Assembly (NCBI GenBank): GCA_051294375.1 | Contig: JBJCIZ010000028.1 | Span: forward strand, 1-64,000 | DNA: 64,000 nucleotides | Direction: 5' to 3' | Source: Paraspadella gotoi | Taxonomy: Eukaryota > Animalia > Chaetognatha | Part shown: positions 24,021-45,691 of the stretch, in pieces | Position numbering within the stretch: the stretch's first letter is position 1 | Layout of the letters: each line of letters begins with the position of its first letter | Position numbers and translations under genes: made by a program | The notes under the pieces: model-generated | What the model saw: the letters and a program-made list of their open reading frames with translations, nothing else | Databases searched by the model: none | Told to the model about the DNA's origin: nothing

Positions 24021-25237
24021 ACAGCACCTTATAATCATATAACATGTCATATCAAATAAAATCAAACCAAACCTGCCTCATTACATTTTTGCCTCATGAA
24101 CTTCGCCCAGAATACAAAAAATTCCATGACTCAGCAAAGTCGTCGTTCGTCGTCATTTGGTGGCAGTCGTCGTCTTCATCGTCGTCGTCTTCATCGTCGT
24201 TGTCTTCATCATCGTCGTCGTCGTCGTCGTCGTTCGTCGTCATTCGGTCGTCGTCTGCATCGTCGTCGTCTTTGTCATCGTCATCCTGCCGTCTCGACTT
24301 TTCGAACGACGAAGCGTCGTGCGTCATCTGGTTGTTGTTGTTGTCGACAAAAAAAAAGAGCATCTTTCACCCGATGAGTAATCATCATTTAACTTAAGTT
24401 ATAATAGAAAAATGTAGAAAACGTCGGCTATTTTCTAACCCTAAGGTCGCGCGTTCGTGGCGTCGTCCCTCCTTATTTTTCAGAGTATTGATTATTCTTC
24501 TTTAATTATATAGAATAATAATTGTTGTTAATAACGCCCAGAAACTTTAATAGGAATAACGAGAATCTTTGGAAATCCAACTACGAACTGGAGTTAACTT
24601 TTAAAAAATCGGCTTCGGTGACACTTAATTATTAATTTCGTATTAATTAATTAATTAATTAATTAATTAATTAATTAATTTCTTCTAAATACTTGACAAT
24701 TTACTTGGTCAAAAAATTTTCTATCGCTTAAATCAAGAAAAAAAAAGGAATATTTATCATTGACGATTCCATCATTATCATTATCATCATCTTCATTTAT
24801 CATAATCATAATAGTGTCGTCGTCGTCGTCGTCGTTGTTGTTGTTGTCGTCCAAAATTCATAATTGTTTACCTCCTCTTTTCGCCTATAATTCGCGGGGC
24901 CCCGCTACAATTCGAAGTCCAGCGAGAGAGAGAGAGAGAGTTTTTCTTTCATTCTTTCTTTCTTTCTTTGTTTCTTTGTTTCTTTTATTCTTTCTTTCTT
25001 TCTTTCTTTCTTTCTTTCGTTCTTTCTTTCAGTCTTTCTTTCAGTCTTTCTCTTTTTCTTTTTAACCCTTTTTCTTCCCTCCTAATTAAATATAACTAAT
25101 TTTCGACTCCCTACTTTTAAATTAACCTTTTACATTCTTCACAAATTGGCCTCACAGATTCTCACAAGTCTCACAGCGTGAAAAGCAGAAAGGAACCGAC
25201 TTTTTGTTTGATTTCCTTTGATTACTAATTTTTGCGG

Positions 25238-25363
<126 letters not shown>

Positions 25364-25601
25364 CACTTTTTTACCTCCCGCAATTTCACGCAACCAAAAT
25401 ACTTTTTCCCAAAAAAGTTTCTCATTTCATTTTTATTTGTATTCATATCTCTCGTTTTTTTACAACTTTTTTTTTGAAATCAAATTGACCAATTTTTGTG
25501 TTTGAGGTTTGGAAATCGTCATTGTCGTCGTCGTCATCGTCGTCGTCGTCGTCGTCCATTTTTATCACGATCGTACAAAATGGTTTCAACGCCCAAGAAT
25601 C

Positions 25602-25636
<35 letters not shown>

Positions 25637-25967
25637 AAATCAGAAATAGTAACAGTGTAAAAGATTTGAAAACGATAACCAACTAAAAACCAAACTATTA
25701 AAATTCAACAAAAACAAAAGACACTAACGTTTAAAATAGAATCATGAATAAAATGATATTAACTGATGCAAAAGAAACTACAAAATTCAACGTTTACAGA
25801 TCAGATGTCAAAATCATGAAATCATAAAAATCATAAAAACCTAATACCTAGAACCCTTCAAATTCCAAACAGTAAACGATCGAAAATATTAGTATCTCCG
25901 ATACGAATTTCCTCGTACTGGAATATGCAAATGAGATTTAAAGATATTTTCTTCAATTTCATTCCAG

Positions 25968-26173
25968 GCGGCAACGGAAAGTACTGGTCCTTGGAGGAGG
26001 ACAAGTCCATCTCGGCGAGCGGTTCCATCCCCGTCGACTTCTTCCTCGTCCTCCACGACGACGCGTTCCTGTCGTTGAGGACTAGAGACGGTGATTTCGT
26101 CCGCGGGGAACAATCGGGGATTTTCAAGGCGAACGGGAAGGAGGTGGAGAAGGCCACGTTGTGGGAGTATTGA
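25968..26173 (+). CDS. FSCN: Fascin terminal exon
   Basis: ttccag acceptor in phase 1, matching the donor at 8559; GNGKYWSL...GDFVRGEQSGIFKANG...ATLWEY*, the canonical fascin C-terminus. Confidence 0.95.
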
Positions 26174-26287
26174 GGGAGGGAGGGAGGGAGGGAGGGAGAG
26201 AGAGAGAGAGAGAGGAAAGGAGAGGAGAGAGAAGTGTAAAGATATATTGAGCGAGATAAAGAGATAAAGAGAGGAAGAGAAGTGGGC

Positions 26288-26556
26288 AGGATAGTCTGAG
26301 GGATAGAAAGAGGAAGGGATGGATAGTCTGAGAGATAGAAGAGGAAGGGATGGATAGTCTGAGAGGAAGGGATGGATAGTCTGAGAGATAGAAAGAGGAA
26401 GGGATGGATAGTCTGAGAGATAGAAAGAGGAAGGGATGGATAGACTGAGGGACAGAAACAGGAAGGGATGGATAGTCTGAGAGATAGAAAGAGGAAGGGA
26501 TGGATAGTCTGAGGGATAGAAGAGGAAGGGATGGATAGACTGAGGGATAGAAAGAG
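26288..26556 (+). repeat. ~32-bp purine-rich minisatellite (~8 copies) in fascin 3' UTR
   Basis: Unit GAGGAAGGGATGGATAGTCTGAGAGATAGAAA. Confidence 0.9.
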
Positions 26557-28026
26557 GTAGGGAAAAGTTGAGAGGACGGAGAAAGTAGAAGATGAGAAGG
26601 AAAAAGCTAAAAATAGCGAAAGAGATGAAGCTTGAAACGAAATTTTCACCTACTGTTGTAGACGACAGTCTGGAACAAACTTCCACTAGTAAAATTAACA
26701 TTTTGAAGACAAATTAGATTTGATGTCGATTAAGGTTGAGACTTGACTTTAGTTAATTTGTAATTAGATACAAAACATATACATACTATTTGTGAATAAG
26801 ACTCTGTTGGAATAAAGACGGGGGAAAGAAATGATACGTCGTACAGGAAATTTCGTACCATAAAGACTTTTTTTTTATTTACTTCCCTTCGACATTTGGC
26901 CATATTATCTAATAACGCCCAATTTCTGACTAAATTTTGATATTCAGATTGAGGGTTTGGGTTTAAGGGGAGTTGCTATGGATTTTGTTCAGGGATAAGA
27001 GCTAAGGATTAAAGTATTAAATTTAGGATTAGGGTTAAAGATTAGGGTTAAAAATCACAGTTAAGATTTAAGGTTTAAGTTAGGGATCAGGTAACTGATT
27101 AGTGTTCTGGTTAGATTTTAGATTTAACAACAAATTAGTCTTATATATTATATTTAAAAATTGAATTCAAAAAAACAAAAATTGGACGCTTTTGGAAAAT
27201 AGTGCCCGATATTTTTACTTTGAAAACAACGCATCGTTTGTTTTCGGAATAATTTGCTCAGTTTTGTCGTTTTTATATTCTTATCTGTGACAAAAGCTTA
27301 GTTTTATTATTATAGTTTTTTTTTTAACTAATGTACAAATATAACCAAGAGAAAATTTATTTGTAGCTTTTTTTTTCGTTTCTTCATAGGAGAGAAATAT
27401 TTTTATTCACTGCTTTTGATAATGTTCAAAATGCAATTGACAAAGAGAACTTTTAGTGCATGATGGAATATTTGTTACATTTAAAATTTAAAAAAAAAAA
27501 TACGCGAATTTTTCACACAAAAAATGCTTATATATCACAGGTAAAAATTATTGTATAAATACGTATAGTTCGTAATTTGATGAATCTCGAATATTTTTTT
27601 TTTTATAGAAGAGCGGCCTTATGAATTTGTCCCCCTGACTAGTCAAACGAGTTAACGAGTTAAACTGGCCGAAAACAATAAAAATTATCTTTAAAAAAAT
27701 AATTATAAATAACTTTTAAAAAAACGGACTCCCTGTACATTGTTACGACAAAATATCTTTGTTTTGTCTAGCGACGAGGATTAGCGAACTTTGGCTTTTA
27801 TTGTCAAAAAAATACTTTTTACGGCTAAAAATAAAGTTGGTTATATTTTTTTTAATCTTTTTCATGTTTTTGTGCCGTAATTTTCTTTAATATTTTTCGT
27901 TCATACCTTTGGCGAATAATTTTTTATTTTAATACATTTTCATATTAATAGTCTTGATAATTTAAACCTTATTAAGTTTTTTTGCCAAGAAAATTTATTT
28001 TTCGCCTTAAGTTTCGTTTGCCAACC

Positions 28027-28138
<112 letters not shown>

Positions 28139-28444
28139 CAGCGGTTGACGGTCTTCTAGTATAATTCGGCACAAAATGTCATGTTTTTTGTTCTGTTTCG
28201 TTCGAATCCTTTCTGTTTTCTTCTGTCATAGAACATTATTGTTTTAAAAACGAACAAACGATACCGTTTTACATTCAAATGTGATGCTTAGCGCTTCTAC
28301 TATGTTTTGTATGTGAATGTGATTATAAATAAAAGAATAAACAAATGAATAAAGAAATGATAAAAAATAAAACAATTAAATAATTCAATGAAGTATATAA
28401 ATAAATAAATAAATATATAAATAAATAAATAAATAAATAAATAA

Positions 28445-28528
<84 letters not shown>

Positions 28529-28943
28529 ACTTTAGTGTACGAGAAAGTAGATTTTTAGCAATTACTTTTCTGCCCCGCATAATGTTTTTTTTCCTAAATA
28601 GACCTTTTTTTTTGTAAACTGACTGACTTTTATTTCCAAATCTTGCTTTGTGCGTTTTTGTATTATTATTAAAAATACTATTATTATTAAATTAGTACAT
28701 ACGGTGCATCCGAAATCAGTGTTTTCTTTTTATTTTACGTAAATTGAGAAATTAGAAGTTCAGTTAAAATGACATTTTGAACAAATGGAGGAATAAGTCG
28801 ATTTTACAGCCCCCCCAAAAAAACACAACTATTATTTCACAAATCACGTCCAATCACTTCGAATCATCACTTCGAATCATCTCTTATCACCTCTCTTGAT
28901 TTCTAACTCATCACTTCTGCTACTTACCCTTTGNNNNNNNNNN

Positions 28944-29141
28944 GCGCGCCAATTCCACGCCGTCTCCTATGGGCGCGGTCGGATAACGAGCGGCGCCGGC
29001 GACGCCGTCGGCGAAGGGCAGTTCCACCTCGTTGAAGACGGCGTCGTCGAAGGCGGAGGAGTTGAAGGTGGCGCCTGGGGTGTCGAGGACGCGTTGGAGG
29101 GTCGAGGCGAAGAGACGCCATCGGGGGGCGTAGTAATCTTT
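28944..29141 (-). CDS. NAGLU: NAGLU terminal exon (partial, bounded by N-gaps)
   Basis: KDYYAPRWRLFASTLQRVLDTPGATFNSSAFDDAVFNEVELPF...RYPTAPIGDGVELAR, matching the NAGLU YYxPRWRLF...YPxxPxGDxVxLA pattern. Confidence 0.9.
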
Positions 29142-29690
29142 NNNNNNNNNNNNNNNNNNNNNNNNNNNNNNNNNNNNNNNNNNNNNNNNNNNNNNNNNNN
29201 NNNNNNNNNNNNNNNNNNNNNNNNNNNNNNNNNNNNNNNNNNNNNNNNNNNNNNNNNNNNNNNNNNNNNNNNNNNNNNNNNNNNNNNNNNNNNNNNNNNN
29301 NNNNNNNNNNNNNNNNNNNNNNNNNNNNNNNNNNNNNNNNNNNNNNNNNNNNNNNGAGAGAGAGAGAGAGATTTTGATGTGATGTGATTTGATTGATTGA
29401 TTGGTTCCATGAGATGCGATTGACTCATTTTTTTATTCATTCAATTATTCATTCATTTCTTTCTTTCGTTGATTGATTGATTGATTGAACAAGCTTTGGT
29501 GGTTTGAGGCCTCCATCACTTTTACAAGATAATGACATAGCAGGCCCTGCAAGCTTTCAATCAAGACACACGTTTATTCATCCCCAAATACCTGGTGTAA
29601 TGTTTCAAAGAATGTTTCAATTGTATGAAAAAAAAACCCGATCAATTAACTAATTGATTAACCAATTGATTAATCGTTTAGTTAACTCAC

Positions 29691-29876
29691 CAGCCCCGCC
29701 CACTGCTTGTTGGCGTAGTCCCTCAGACTTCCGCCCGGACTCCAAATCGTCACCAGCGTTCGCGCGTTGACGTCCCAGCGACGGCGTTCTGCCGCGTCGA
29801 CGCCACGCCGCCGCGCCGCCTCCGTCCAGCTGCCGAGGAGGAATCGAGGGTCGGAGGCGAGGAGTCGGTCGAGATC
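29691..29876 (-). CDS. NAGLU: NAGLU penultimate exon (intact copy)
   Basis: DLDRLLASDPRFLLGSWTEAAR...NARTLVTIWSPGGSLRDYANKQWAGL; aag acceptor, GTGAGT donor; 186 nt. Confidence 0.95.
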
Positions 29877-30346
29877 CTTGGAGGGGGAAGGATGGGGGGG
29901 TTGTGGAAGAGGAGCAAAAGAGGAGGGGTGTGGAAGGAGGGGTTCAGTATGATCTTAATTTGGGAGAAAAAGAGTCATTCATATTTATAGTCATATTTAG
30001 TCATGAGTCATAATTTGTCATTCATAATTATATTTTTAATTATTCTCAATTATTTGTCACATAGCCGTGGCAAAAATTAATATAATTCCATATCGCAAAT
30101 TTTAAAGAACGGCGACATAAAAAGCCCAAACGCTCAATTATCTTTTATCATCAATCAAAATCTTCATAAAATTACTAAAAATAAAATCGCCTAAAACAAC
30201 TGCTTTTTATTGAAAACCTTGACATTTAAATTCGCCGTTAAAAACTGCTTATATTATTTTTTCGAAGAGAGATTCGAACCACCCTGCAATATGCAAATGG
30301 CTTTATGATACCGATAATGGCGAAAAAGAAAAAAGAGAGAAAGATC

Positions 30347-38640
<8,294 letters not shown>

Positions 38641-38646
38641 TGGATC

Positions 38647-38708
<62 letters not shown>

Positions 38709-38930
38709 TCTCTCTCTCTCTGCTCTCTCTTCTCTAAAGAAATTTTAAATGAAACGGACCCACTGTTACCTATGAGTCCTTCTTGTCAGAAGGTACCTAG
38801 CGTCCATGTATAATTAATAAATTATCTATCCATCTATTTATCTCTCCTCTCTCCTCTCTCTCTCTGCTCTCCTCTTCTCTCTACTCTCTCTCTCTCAGCA
38901 CNNNNNNNNNNNNNNNNNNNNNNNNNCGAC

Positions 38931-39137
38931 CTCCAAAAGCTCCAACATCCTTCCCGACGCAACCCGAAACTCCTTCGAGTCTTTGCTCCTGTAGGCCGAC
39001 ATCATTCGGTGGTAGAGGAGCATCGAGGTCAACTGGAGCGACTCGCGGGTCACGTCGACGAGGTCGTAGCGGAAGAGGGAAGAGGAGAGGAGCGGGGATG
39101 GGGGAGCGGAGGAGGAAGAGGAGTTTAAAGAAGGTTC
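38931..39137 (-). CDS. NAGLU: NAGLU exon
   Basis: EPSLNSSSSAPPSPLLSSLFRYDLVDVTRESLQLTSMLLYHRMMSAYRSKD...LELLE (FRYDLxDxTR motif); ctcag acceptor. Confidence 0.92.
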
Positions 39138-39575
39138 CTGAGAAAAAAAAAAGGAAATAACGATTGATTAGTCAATCAATCAATCAATCAATTAATCTGC
39201 CATTGACATTTCATTTAATCAGTCAATATATAAATAAATAAATCAATCTATCTGTGATTCACTAAACCTATCTTTCAATTAGGCAATCAATAAATCAATC
39301 AATCAACCAATTTAATCTATCGAACAATCTATCAATCAAAATAATTTATTTCAGTAAATGATTTAATAATCATTATAACGATTTCATTAAAAAGGTTAGA
39401 AATCGATCTAAATATTTTATAAAGATACAAAATGAACTCAAAATTCTAAAAAGGCTTTATAGTTAATTTGATATTATATTAAATAACCAAAATTATTGTG
39501 CTTAAGAGTTTCGCGGTCGAATCCTTTGTTTTTTTGTTTTTTTTCAATTTCTACCCCGAGTTGCGCAATTATTAC

Positions 39576-39871
39576 CTCTCTCGCTCGCCAGATGTCGTCT
39601 CGGGCAGGACCGATTTCGTTCGACAAAAGAGCATCGCGGGATTTCCCCTCCTCCTCAGCTTCGGCCACGAAATCGTCCCAGGCCCGCAGCGCCTCTTCCG
39701 GCGGATACCAGACGTTGGCCGCCATCTTGCGTCGCGGGCGAGAGACGATGATGAATCGTCCGTGACGGTGACGCGTGTCCGTACAGTTGTAGACCGTACG
39801 GATCAGGCGTCGCCAGGCTCGAGTCAGGCGAGGTCGAGGTTGGGTCAGGCCGTAGCGACGGAGGTAGTAGC
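39576..39871 (-). CDS. NAGLU: NAGLU exon
   Basis: YYLRRYGLTQPRPRLTRAWRRLIRTVYNCT...RPRRKMAANVWYPPEEALRAW...; RRYG and AWxxLxxxVYNC motifs; GTAATA donor. Confidence 0.92.
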
Positions 39872-40060
39872 CTGCTTCGAATGTTTAGTTTATTTAGATT
39901 TCGTTTTGGTTTTGTTTCGTGTTTTTTTTTTGTTATTTCTTAATCAGATTTGTTGTTCGTAGTTATTTTTGTTAAAGTTATTAAAGAATATTAAAATAAA
40001 AATTACAAAATTAAATCAGTTGACAAGTTAGAAAAGATAACAAAAGTACCCTGAACTTTC

Positions 40061-40174
<114 letters not shown>

Positions 40175-40216
40175 CCCCATTAAACCCCCTTTACCCTCCA
40201 CCCTTTTAAAGCCCAC

Positions 40217-40381
40217 CTTCCACCCATTCGTCCAAATCGACTTCCTTCTTCCTCCAAACGAATTCGTTAAAGAATTCGTAGACGATCTCGTTCTGTTCGA
40301 TTCCTTCCGGCGCTACTCCGGTGCCGATCATCGTGTTGACAGCGCCGGAAAGCGGCGTCGCGGCGGCGTCTCGCGGCGTTC
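40217..40381 (-). CDS. NAGLU: NAGLU exon containing the catalytic PEGI motif
   Basis: NTMIGTGVAPEGIEQNEIVYEFFNEFVWRKKEVDLDEWVE; phases match both neighbouring exons. Confidence 0.93.
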
Positions 40382-40902
40382 CTGACGCGCCGACGATGAC
40401 GAAGTGGGGGAGGGGGCAAAAGTGGACATTGGAATAGAAAAGTAAAAGAAAATTAACGCGTTGGCAAAGTTTAAATAGTTTTTTTTTTTTATATAACGAT
40501 TCTATAATGTGTTAATTGATAAGAATTAATAATAATGACCTTATGATATATAAAAAAAATCTTGATAATACTTAATTAATAATACTAATAATACTAATAA
40601 TAATTATACTAAATATTACTTAAAAGTAACTCACGCTTAGAAATCAAGCGTTTTCTTCTTCGGGGTCAAAGCACTATTTTCCGAAAACGGCCCTTATCAG
40701 TGAGTTTTTTATTTTTAACCTGAATACTTAACACTCATTCCCATCCCAAAATACTTAACCTAACCCTAATGCTTAAAACATAACCAATATCCCTAACCCT
40801 CCAATTTAATTTTTAAACTTGAAAACTTAGTTAATTATGAATTTTAGGCTGAAATGGGGCTCTTTCCAAAAATAAGGCTTAAAAAGGTAAGAAAAACCTT
40901 AC

Positions 40903-41038
40903 CATCGCTGCCGCCGCCACCCAACGCTTCAACTATCCCTCGGTTAACGTTCCACAAATTTCCGTAGAGATAATTATTACCACCGAAATTGTGCAACATG
41001 CACCAGATGAATGGTTGACCGTAGAAAGAGTCGAATTT
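40903..41038 (-). CDS. NAGLU: NAGLU exon
   Basis: [28 protein letters not shown] (the GH89 signature [12 protein letters not shown]); ccag acceptor, GTAAGG donor. Confidence 0.97.
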
Positions 41039-41048
41039 CTGGAATGGG

Positions 41049-41097
<49 letters not shown>

Positions 41098-41603
41098 TGT
41101 AATTTGGAAAAATCATTATCGTGAAAAAATGTTTTTACAAGCAAATTTTTGATTATGTTTTTAAAAAATTGATATTTTTATACCAAGTACTAATACAGAA
41201 AACTTTTGTTGGCGTCGAATAAATCTGATGCATACTGTAAGCAAACGATTGTTCAGTTCACTTTTTGTACAATGTATTATAGTAATAGTTTAAGGTGAGG
41301 GGTTAGGGTTAGAAATTTGGTATAAGGTTTTAGATTTAGGTTAGGGATAATGGTTAGGGACTGAGTTATGAATTTAAAAATATATTCAAGTTTAATACAA
41401 ACTACAAAGGTTAAAATTTAATTCTGGGATCAAGGAACAGAGATGAAACCCTTTAAAAAAAGAGTGCCAAAACGTATTTAAATTAAATATTAAAGTTAAA
41501 ATTAAATTAAAACAAACGGAAATGGGGAACTGAGGGAAAACAGAGCCGTTATATAGATCTAGAATAAAATTTCATACAACGACGCCTCATCGCTTCAACG
41601 CAC

Positions 41604-41723
41604 CTTATATTCCGGCCTCATTTCCGCGTATAGATCGAGAAGGACTAACCGACCGATCGGAACCGCGCGGACGAAGGCTTCGACTCTGGCCGGAGTCCAG
41701 AAGGGATTGGCGAATGTCCAGGC
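41604..41723 (-). CDS. NAGLU: NAGLU exon
   Basis: AWTFANPFWTPARVEAFVRAVPIGRLVLLDLYAEMRPEYK; 120 nt, canonical sites. Confidence 0.95.
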
Positions 41724-41945
41724 CTGAAGGATAAGGGTCGCAGAGTACTCGCGGAGCGACTCTTTATAAGTCACTTTTCGGTCAGTATGTCTATCCGTCG
41801 GTCAGTCCCACTCGAGTTAAAAATGAATATATAAATCGCCTATAGTTAATTGCTCATTTGTTAAGACAGGAAAAAACCTAAAATCTAGTGAGTGACTATA
41901 ACCTAAGATTTTTAATTAACTAGTTAACCAATTTAACCACTTGAC

Positions 41946-42182
41946 CTGCATCAACCACACCGCCTCCGGATCCTCGGCCGTCATGGCGCCAAAGACGCCG
42001 GCCGCGACGCCGGACAAATAACCGGCGTCTCCGGACGGCGGCGCCATCTCGTTGAAGACGTCGGCGCCGTAGACGTGAGAGAAGGAAGTTGCGGCGCCGA
42101 AGAGAAGACGTTTGGCGATCGATAGGAAGAGTTGGGAGAGACGGAGGAAGAGAGGGGAGGAGGGGAGAGAAGAAGGGTTTCC
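41946..42182 (-). CDS. NAGLU: NAGLU exon containing the catalytic DxFNEM motif (5' part may carry an indel)
   Basis: SHVYGADVFNEMAPPSGDAGYLSGVAAGVFGAMTAEDPEAVWLMQ; CAG|GTCAAG donor. Confidence 0.9.
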
Positions 42183-42662
42183 CTGGGGGAGGGGAGCGGA
42201 GGGAGATGAGATGAGAGAGAGACGGAGACGCAGAGAGAGAGAGAGAGAGGACTGATTAAGACAAGAGAGAGAAAACAGAAAAGAAAGAGCGACATATAGA
42301 ATAGGAAGGAGAGATAAAAGACAAGAGAGAGTGAAAAGACAGAAGATAGAAAGAGAGGAGAGAGAGAGAGAGGAGAGAGAGATTAGAAAGAGGAGAGAGA
42401 GGTAGAAAGGAGAGGAGAGAGAGAGAACGAGAGAGATGCGACGAGAGAATGAGAGAGAGACGAGAGAGAGAGAGAGAGAAAAATAATAATCGCTGATTAA
42501 ACGCCAACGAATAGAAAAAAGGGAGAGGGTATGAATTATTCATACACACAAAAAAAACAAGTGAAAACTCTTCACACGAGAGCCTAAACCGACGGAATGA
42601 CCCCCTACCGATCCCCAACGATTAAAAGAACTTACCCCCACGTGACCCTTCGGTCGACTCAC

Positions 42663-42764
42663 CCGTGAATCGAGAATCACGAATTTTTCCCCAAAACGGA
42701 AGTCGGGTCACGTTGGCGTCGGGGAAAATGCGAAGGAGCCCGTCGGGCACGTGACCCGAGAAGG
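42663..42764 (-). CDS. NAGLU: NAGLU exon
   Basis: AFSGHVPDGLLRIFPDANVTRLPFWGKIRDSRFT (AFxGHVP motif); acag acceptor, GTGAGT donor. Confidence 0.92.
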
Positions 42765-43398
42765 CTGTGAGAGGAGAGGGAGGAGGAGGAGGAGGAGTCA
42801 AAGGAGGAGGAGGAAGAGGAGGGGGAGGAGGAGTCCCTTTTGTTATGTGCATAATTATTAATTAACAACAGAATTAAACACCTCAGGAGATTCTTTGTCT
42901 AATGAATTGATTGCTCTGTCTCTCTCTTTCTCTCTGTCTCTTTTTTAATTTCTCTCTCTTTATCTTTCTCCTTCCTGCCCTACCTCTCTCTCACTCTCCC
43001 TTTTTAATCCCTGCAGGGCTCGCTCGCTCTCTTTCTCTCTTTCTTTATCTCACTCTTTCTCTGTCCCTCTTTCTCTATCTCTCTTCCTATCTCTCTCCGC
43101 CTCTTTTCTTCCTGCNNNNNNNNNNNNNNNNNNNNNNNNNNNNNNNNNNNNNNNNNNNNNNNNNNNNNNNNNNNNNNNNNNNNNNNNNNNNNNNNNNNNN
43201 NNNNNNNNNNNNNNNNNNNNNNNNNNNNNNNNNNNNNNNNNNNNNNNNNNNNNNNNNNNNNNNNNNNNNNNNNNNNNNNNNNNNNNNNNNNNNNNNNNNN
43301 NNNNNNNNNNNNNNNNNNNNNNNNNNNNNNNNNNNNNNNNNNNNNNNNNNNNNNNNNNNNNNNNNNNNNNNNNNNNNNNNNNNNNNNNNNNNNNNNNN

Positions 43399-43548
43399 CC
43401 AGGAATCGGAGAGCGGACCCCGCCAGCGCCGCAGATTGCCCATTCGGCCCCAGGCCAGGAAGGCGGGACCCGTGAAGTGAGCGTTCAACTCGGAGGTTGT
43501 GAGTCCGAGGCTGAGATAGACATCTCGCCAGACGGCCTCTTGGGCGGT
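43399..43548 (-). CDS. NAGLU: NAGLU exon (partial, between N-gaps)
   Basis: [50 protein letters not shown], a strongly conserved NAGLU motif. Confidence 0.96.
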
Positions 43549-43897
43549 NNNNNNNNNNNNNNNNNNNNNNNNNNNNNNNNNNNNNNNNNNNNNNNNNNNN
43601 NNNNNNNNNNNNNNNNNNNNNNNNNNNNNNNNNNNNNNNNNNNNNNNNNNNNNNNNNNNNNNNNNNNNNNNNNNNNNNNNNNNNNNNNNNNNNNNNNNNN
43701 NNNNNNNNNNNNNNNNNNNNNNNNNNNNNNNNNNNNNNNNNNNNNNNNNNNNNNNNNAGAGAGAGACGGTTAGCATTTCAAAAGATAAAATCAACGAAAG
43801 AGCGAGACAAACAGATCGACAGACCGACGGACAGACAGAACAAGAAATTGATTGATTCAACCATCGAGATCGACAACAACAACGACGACAAACTCAC

Positions 43898-44075
43898 CCA
43901 AAGGTAAGTTAACCCCGTTGATCGCCATCCAATCGATCTCTCTCTCCCAACGCCTCCAGTTCCAAAACGCGTAGGAGTAACTCGAGGAGCAGACGTTTTG
44001 GTAGAAGCGGAGCGGACGGTTGGAGCTGAGACGGAGAGGGGAAGGGAGGAAGGGGAGCGGAGAGGGTAGGCAGAT
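43898..44075 (-). CDS. NAGLU: NAGLU exon
   Basis: ICLPSPLP...[37 protein letters not shown] (YQNVCxxSYS and WEREIDWMA motifs). Confidence 0.97.
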
Positions 44076-44187
44076 CTAGAGGGGGGAGGAAGAGGAGTGA
44101 GGAAAGGTGGGGTCAGGGATTAGAGAGAGAAAAGAAAAGAACAGAATAAATAAAAGTAGAAGAATTGAAGAATGGAAGAACACCAAT

Positions 44188-44426
44188 GGAAGAGAATAAA
44201 ACACAATCAAATAGATTAGATTAGAAGAGAATAAAAACACAATCAAATAGATTAGATTAGAAGAGAATAAAAACACAATCAAATAGATTAGATTAGATGA
44301 GAATAAAATACAATCAAATAGATTAGATTAGAAGAGAATAAAACACAATCAAATAGATTAGATTAGAAGAGAATAAAACACAATCAAATAGATTAGATTA
44401 GAAGAGAATAAAACACAATCAAATAG
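44188..44426. repeat. 35-36-bp intronic minisatellite (~6.5 copies)
   Basis: Unit AGAAGAGAATAAAACACAATCAAATAGATTAGATT. Confidence 0.9.
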
Positions 44427-44485
44427 CGCCAAAAAATTACTTCACTCTCTCTCTCTCTCTCTCTGTCTCTGTCTCTCTCTCTCGC

Positions 44486-44658
44486 CTGTTTTCCTCCCCA
44501 CGAGACTTGAGCCCCGCAAAAGGTTTTGATGTAATGATGGAATCCCCAGGTGGCGGCGAAACCGGAAGTGGCTGAGACGGTGACAATGACGGAGGAGGAA
44601 GAAGAGGAGGAGGAAGTGGAGAGGACGAAGGTGGAGACCGGGCCCAAGTATGGAACGA
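44486..44658 (-). CDS. NAGLU: NAGLU exon 2 (probable GC donor)
   Basis: VPYLGPVSTFVLSTSSSSSSSSVIVTVSATSGFAATWGFHHYIKTFCGAQVSWGGKQ; ttcag acceptor in phase with exon 1. Confidence 0.88.
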
Positions 44659-44663
44659 CTGAA

Positions 44664-44705
<42 letters not shown>

Positions 44706-44724
44706 AGAGAGGAGAGAAAGAGAG

Positions 44725-44794
<70 letters not shown>

Positions 44795-44804
44795 GAGAGA
44801 GAGA

Positions 44805-44884
<80 letters not shown>

Positions 44885-45044
44885 AAGAGAGAGAGATTAG
44901 AACACATGACGATGACGACGATGAAGATGACATAAAGACGACAACGACGACGCCGCCGATGACGACAACAAAAAGAACAAAAACAAATAAAAACAACAAC
45001 CAATACAATAAAACGATTGGACAATATAATAAAGACAACAACAT

Positions 45045-45305
45045 TGGATAAGGCGCTAAGTGGGGCTGAAGACGACAATCCGCAACTTCTTTAACCTCCT
45101 CTAGCAGCCATGGAACGGGTCCTGGGCTTGGAACCAAGCTTGACGGTTTTCAAGGCTCCCAAGACTGATTACGACTGTCCCGACGCTTCCCGCAGGGTAG
45201 GTACCATTGGGGATCGATCCCGGTACCAAACGGTCATGAGCTGATGGTATTAATCAATAGGCCATGACTATGACTATGTCTATGACCATGACAATGCCGG
45301 ACTAC
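45045..45305 (-). mobile_element. tRNA(Met)-derived SINE-like element, copy 1 (NAGLU intron 1)
   Basis: ~260-bp match to 54993-55260; the minus strand shows a CTCATGA anticodon-loop-like segment and B-box-like GGGATCGATCCC. Confidence 0.7.
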
Positions 45306-45390
45306 AACTGAACAATAATAACAAACACTCAACAAAATATAAGAGACAAACAAACAAACTTCGACGACAACAACAGCGACGAGAACTCAC

Positions 45391-45691
45391 TCCGCACGCG
45401 GAAGAGATGGGCGTGGCGCGGCGTCAAACGGCGAATAACGCCCATCGCAGCAGCCTCTTGCGACGCTGGTCGAGGCCGGGTCAGCTTTGGATTGAGGCGG
45501 GGAAGAGGGGGAGGGATGAGGAGGAGGAGGCAGGGAGGAGGAGGGAAGCTATAGGAGAAGAGGAAGTGCGCAGGGGCGGAAGGAAGAGGAGAGAGAGGGA
45601 GGGAGGAGGATGGAGGGGGAAGGGACGGAGGGAGGGAAGGGGGAAGATGAGGAAACAGACGCCGTTCGTCGACGATGAAAAATCGTACCAA
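45391..45691 (-). CDS. NAGLU: NAGLU first coding exon (start codon uncertain)
   Basis: ...RPRPASQEAAAMGVIRRLTPRHAHLFRVR followed by a GTGAGT donor; resembles the NAGLU N-terminal EAAAxxxxxxRL. Upstream part is low-complexity. Confidence 0.7.

Noticed and set aside
24044-24397. Overlapping poly-Ser/poly-Asp/poly-Arg ORFs
   Set aside because: Products of degenerate (GTC/GAC)n microsatellite, which lacks stops in several frames.
25858-26701. 263- and 270-aa minus-strand repetitive ORFs
   Set aside because: Antisense to the fascin last exon and its 32-bp 3' UTR minisatellite; no independent coding signal.
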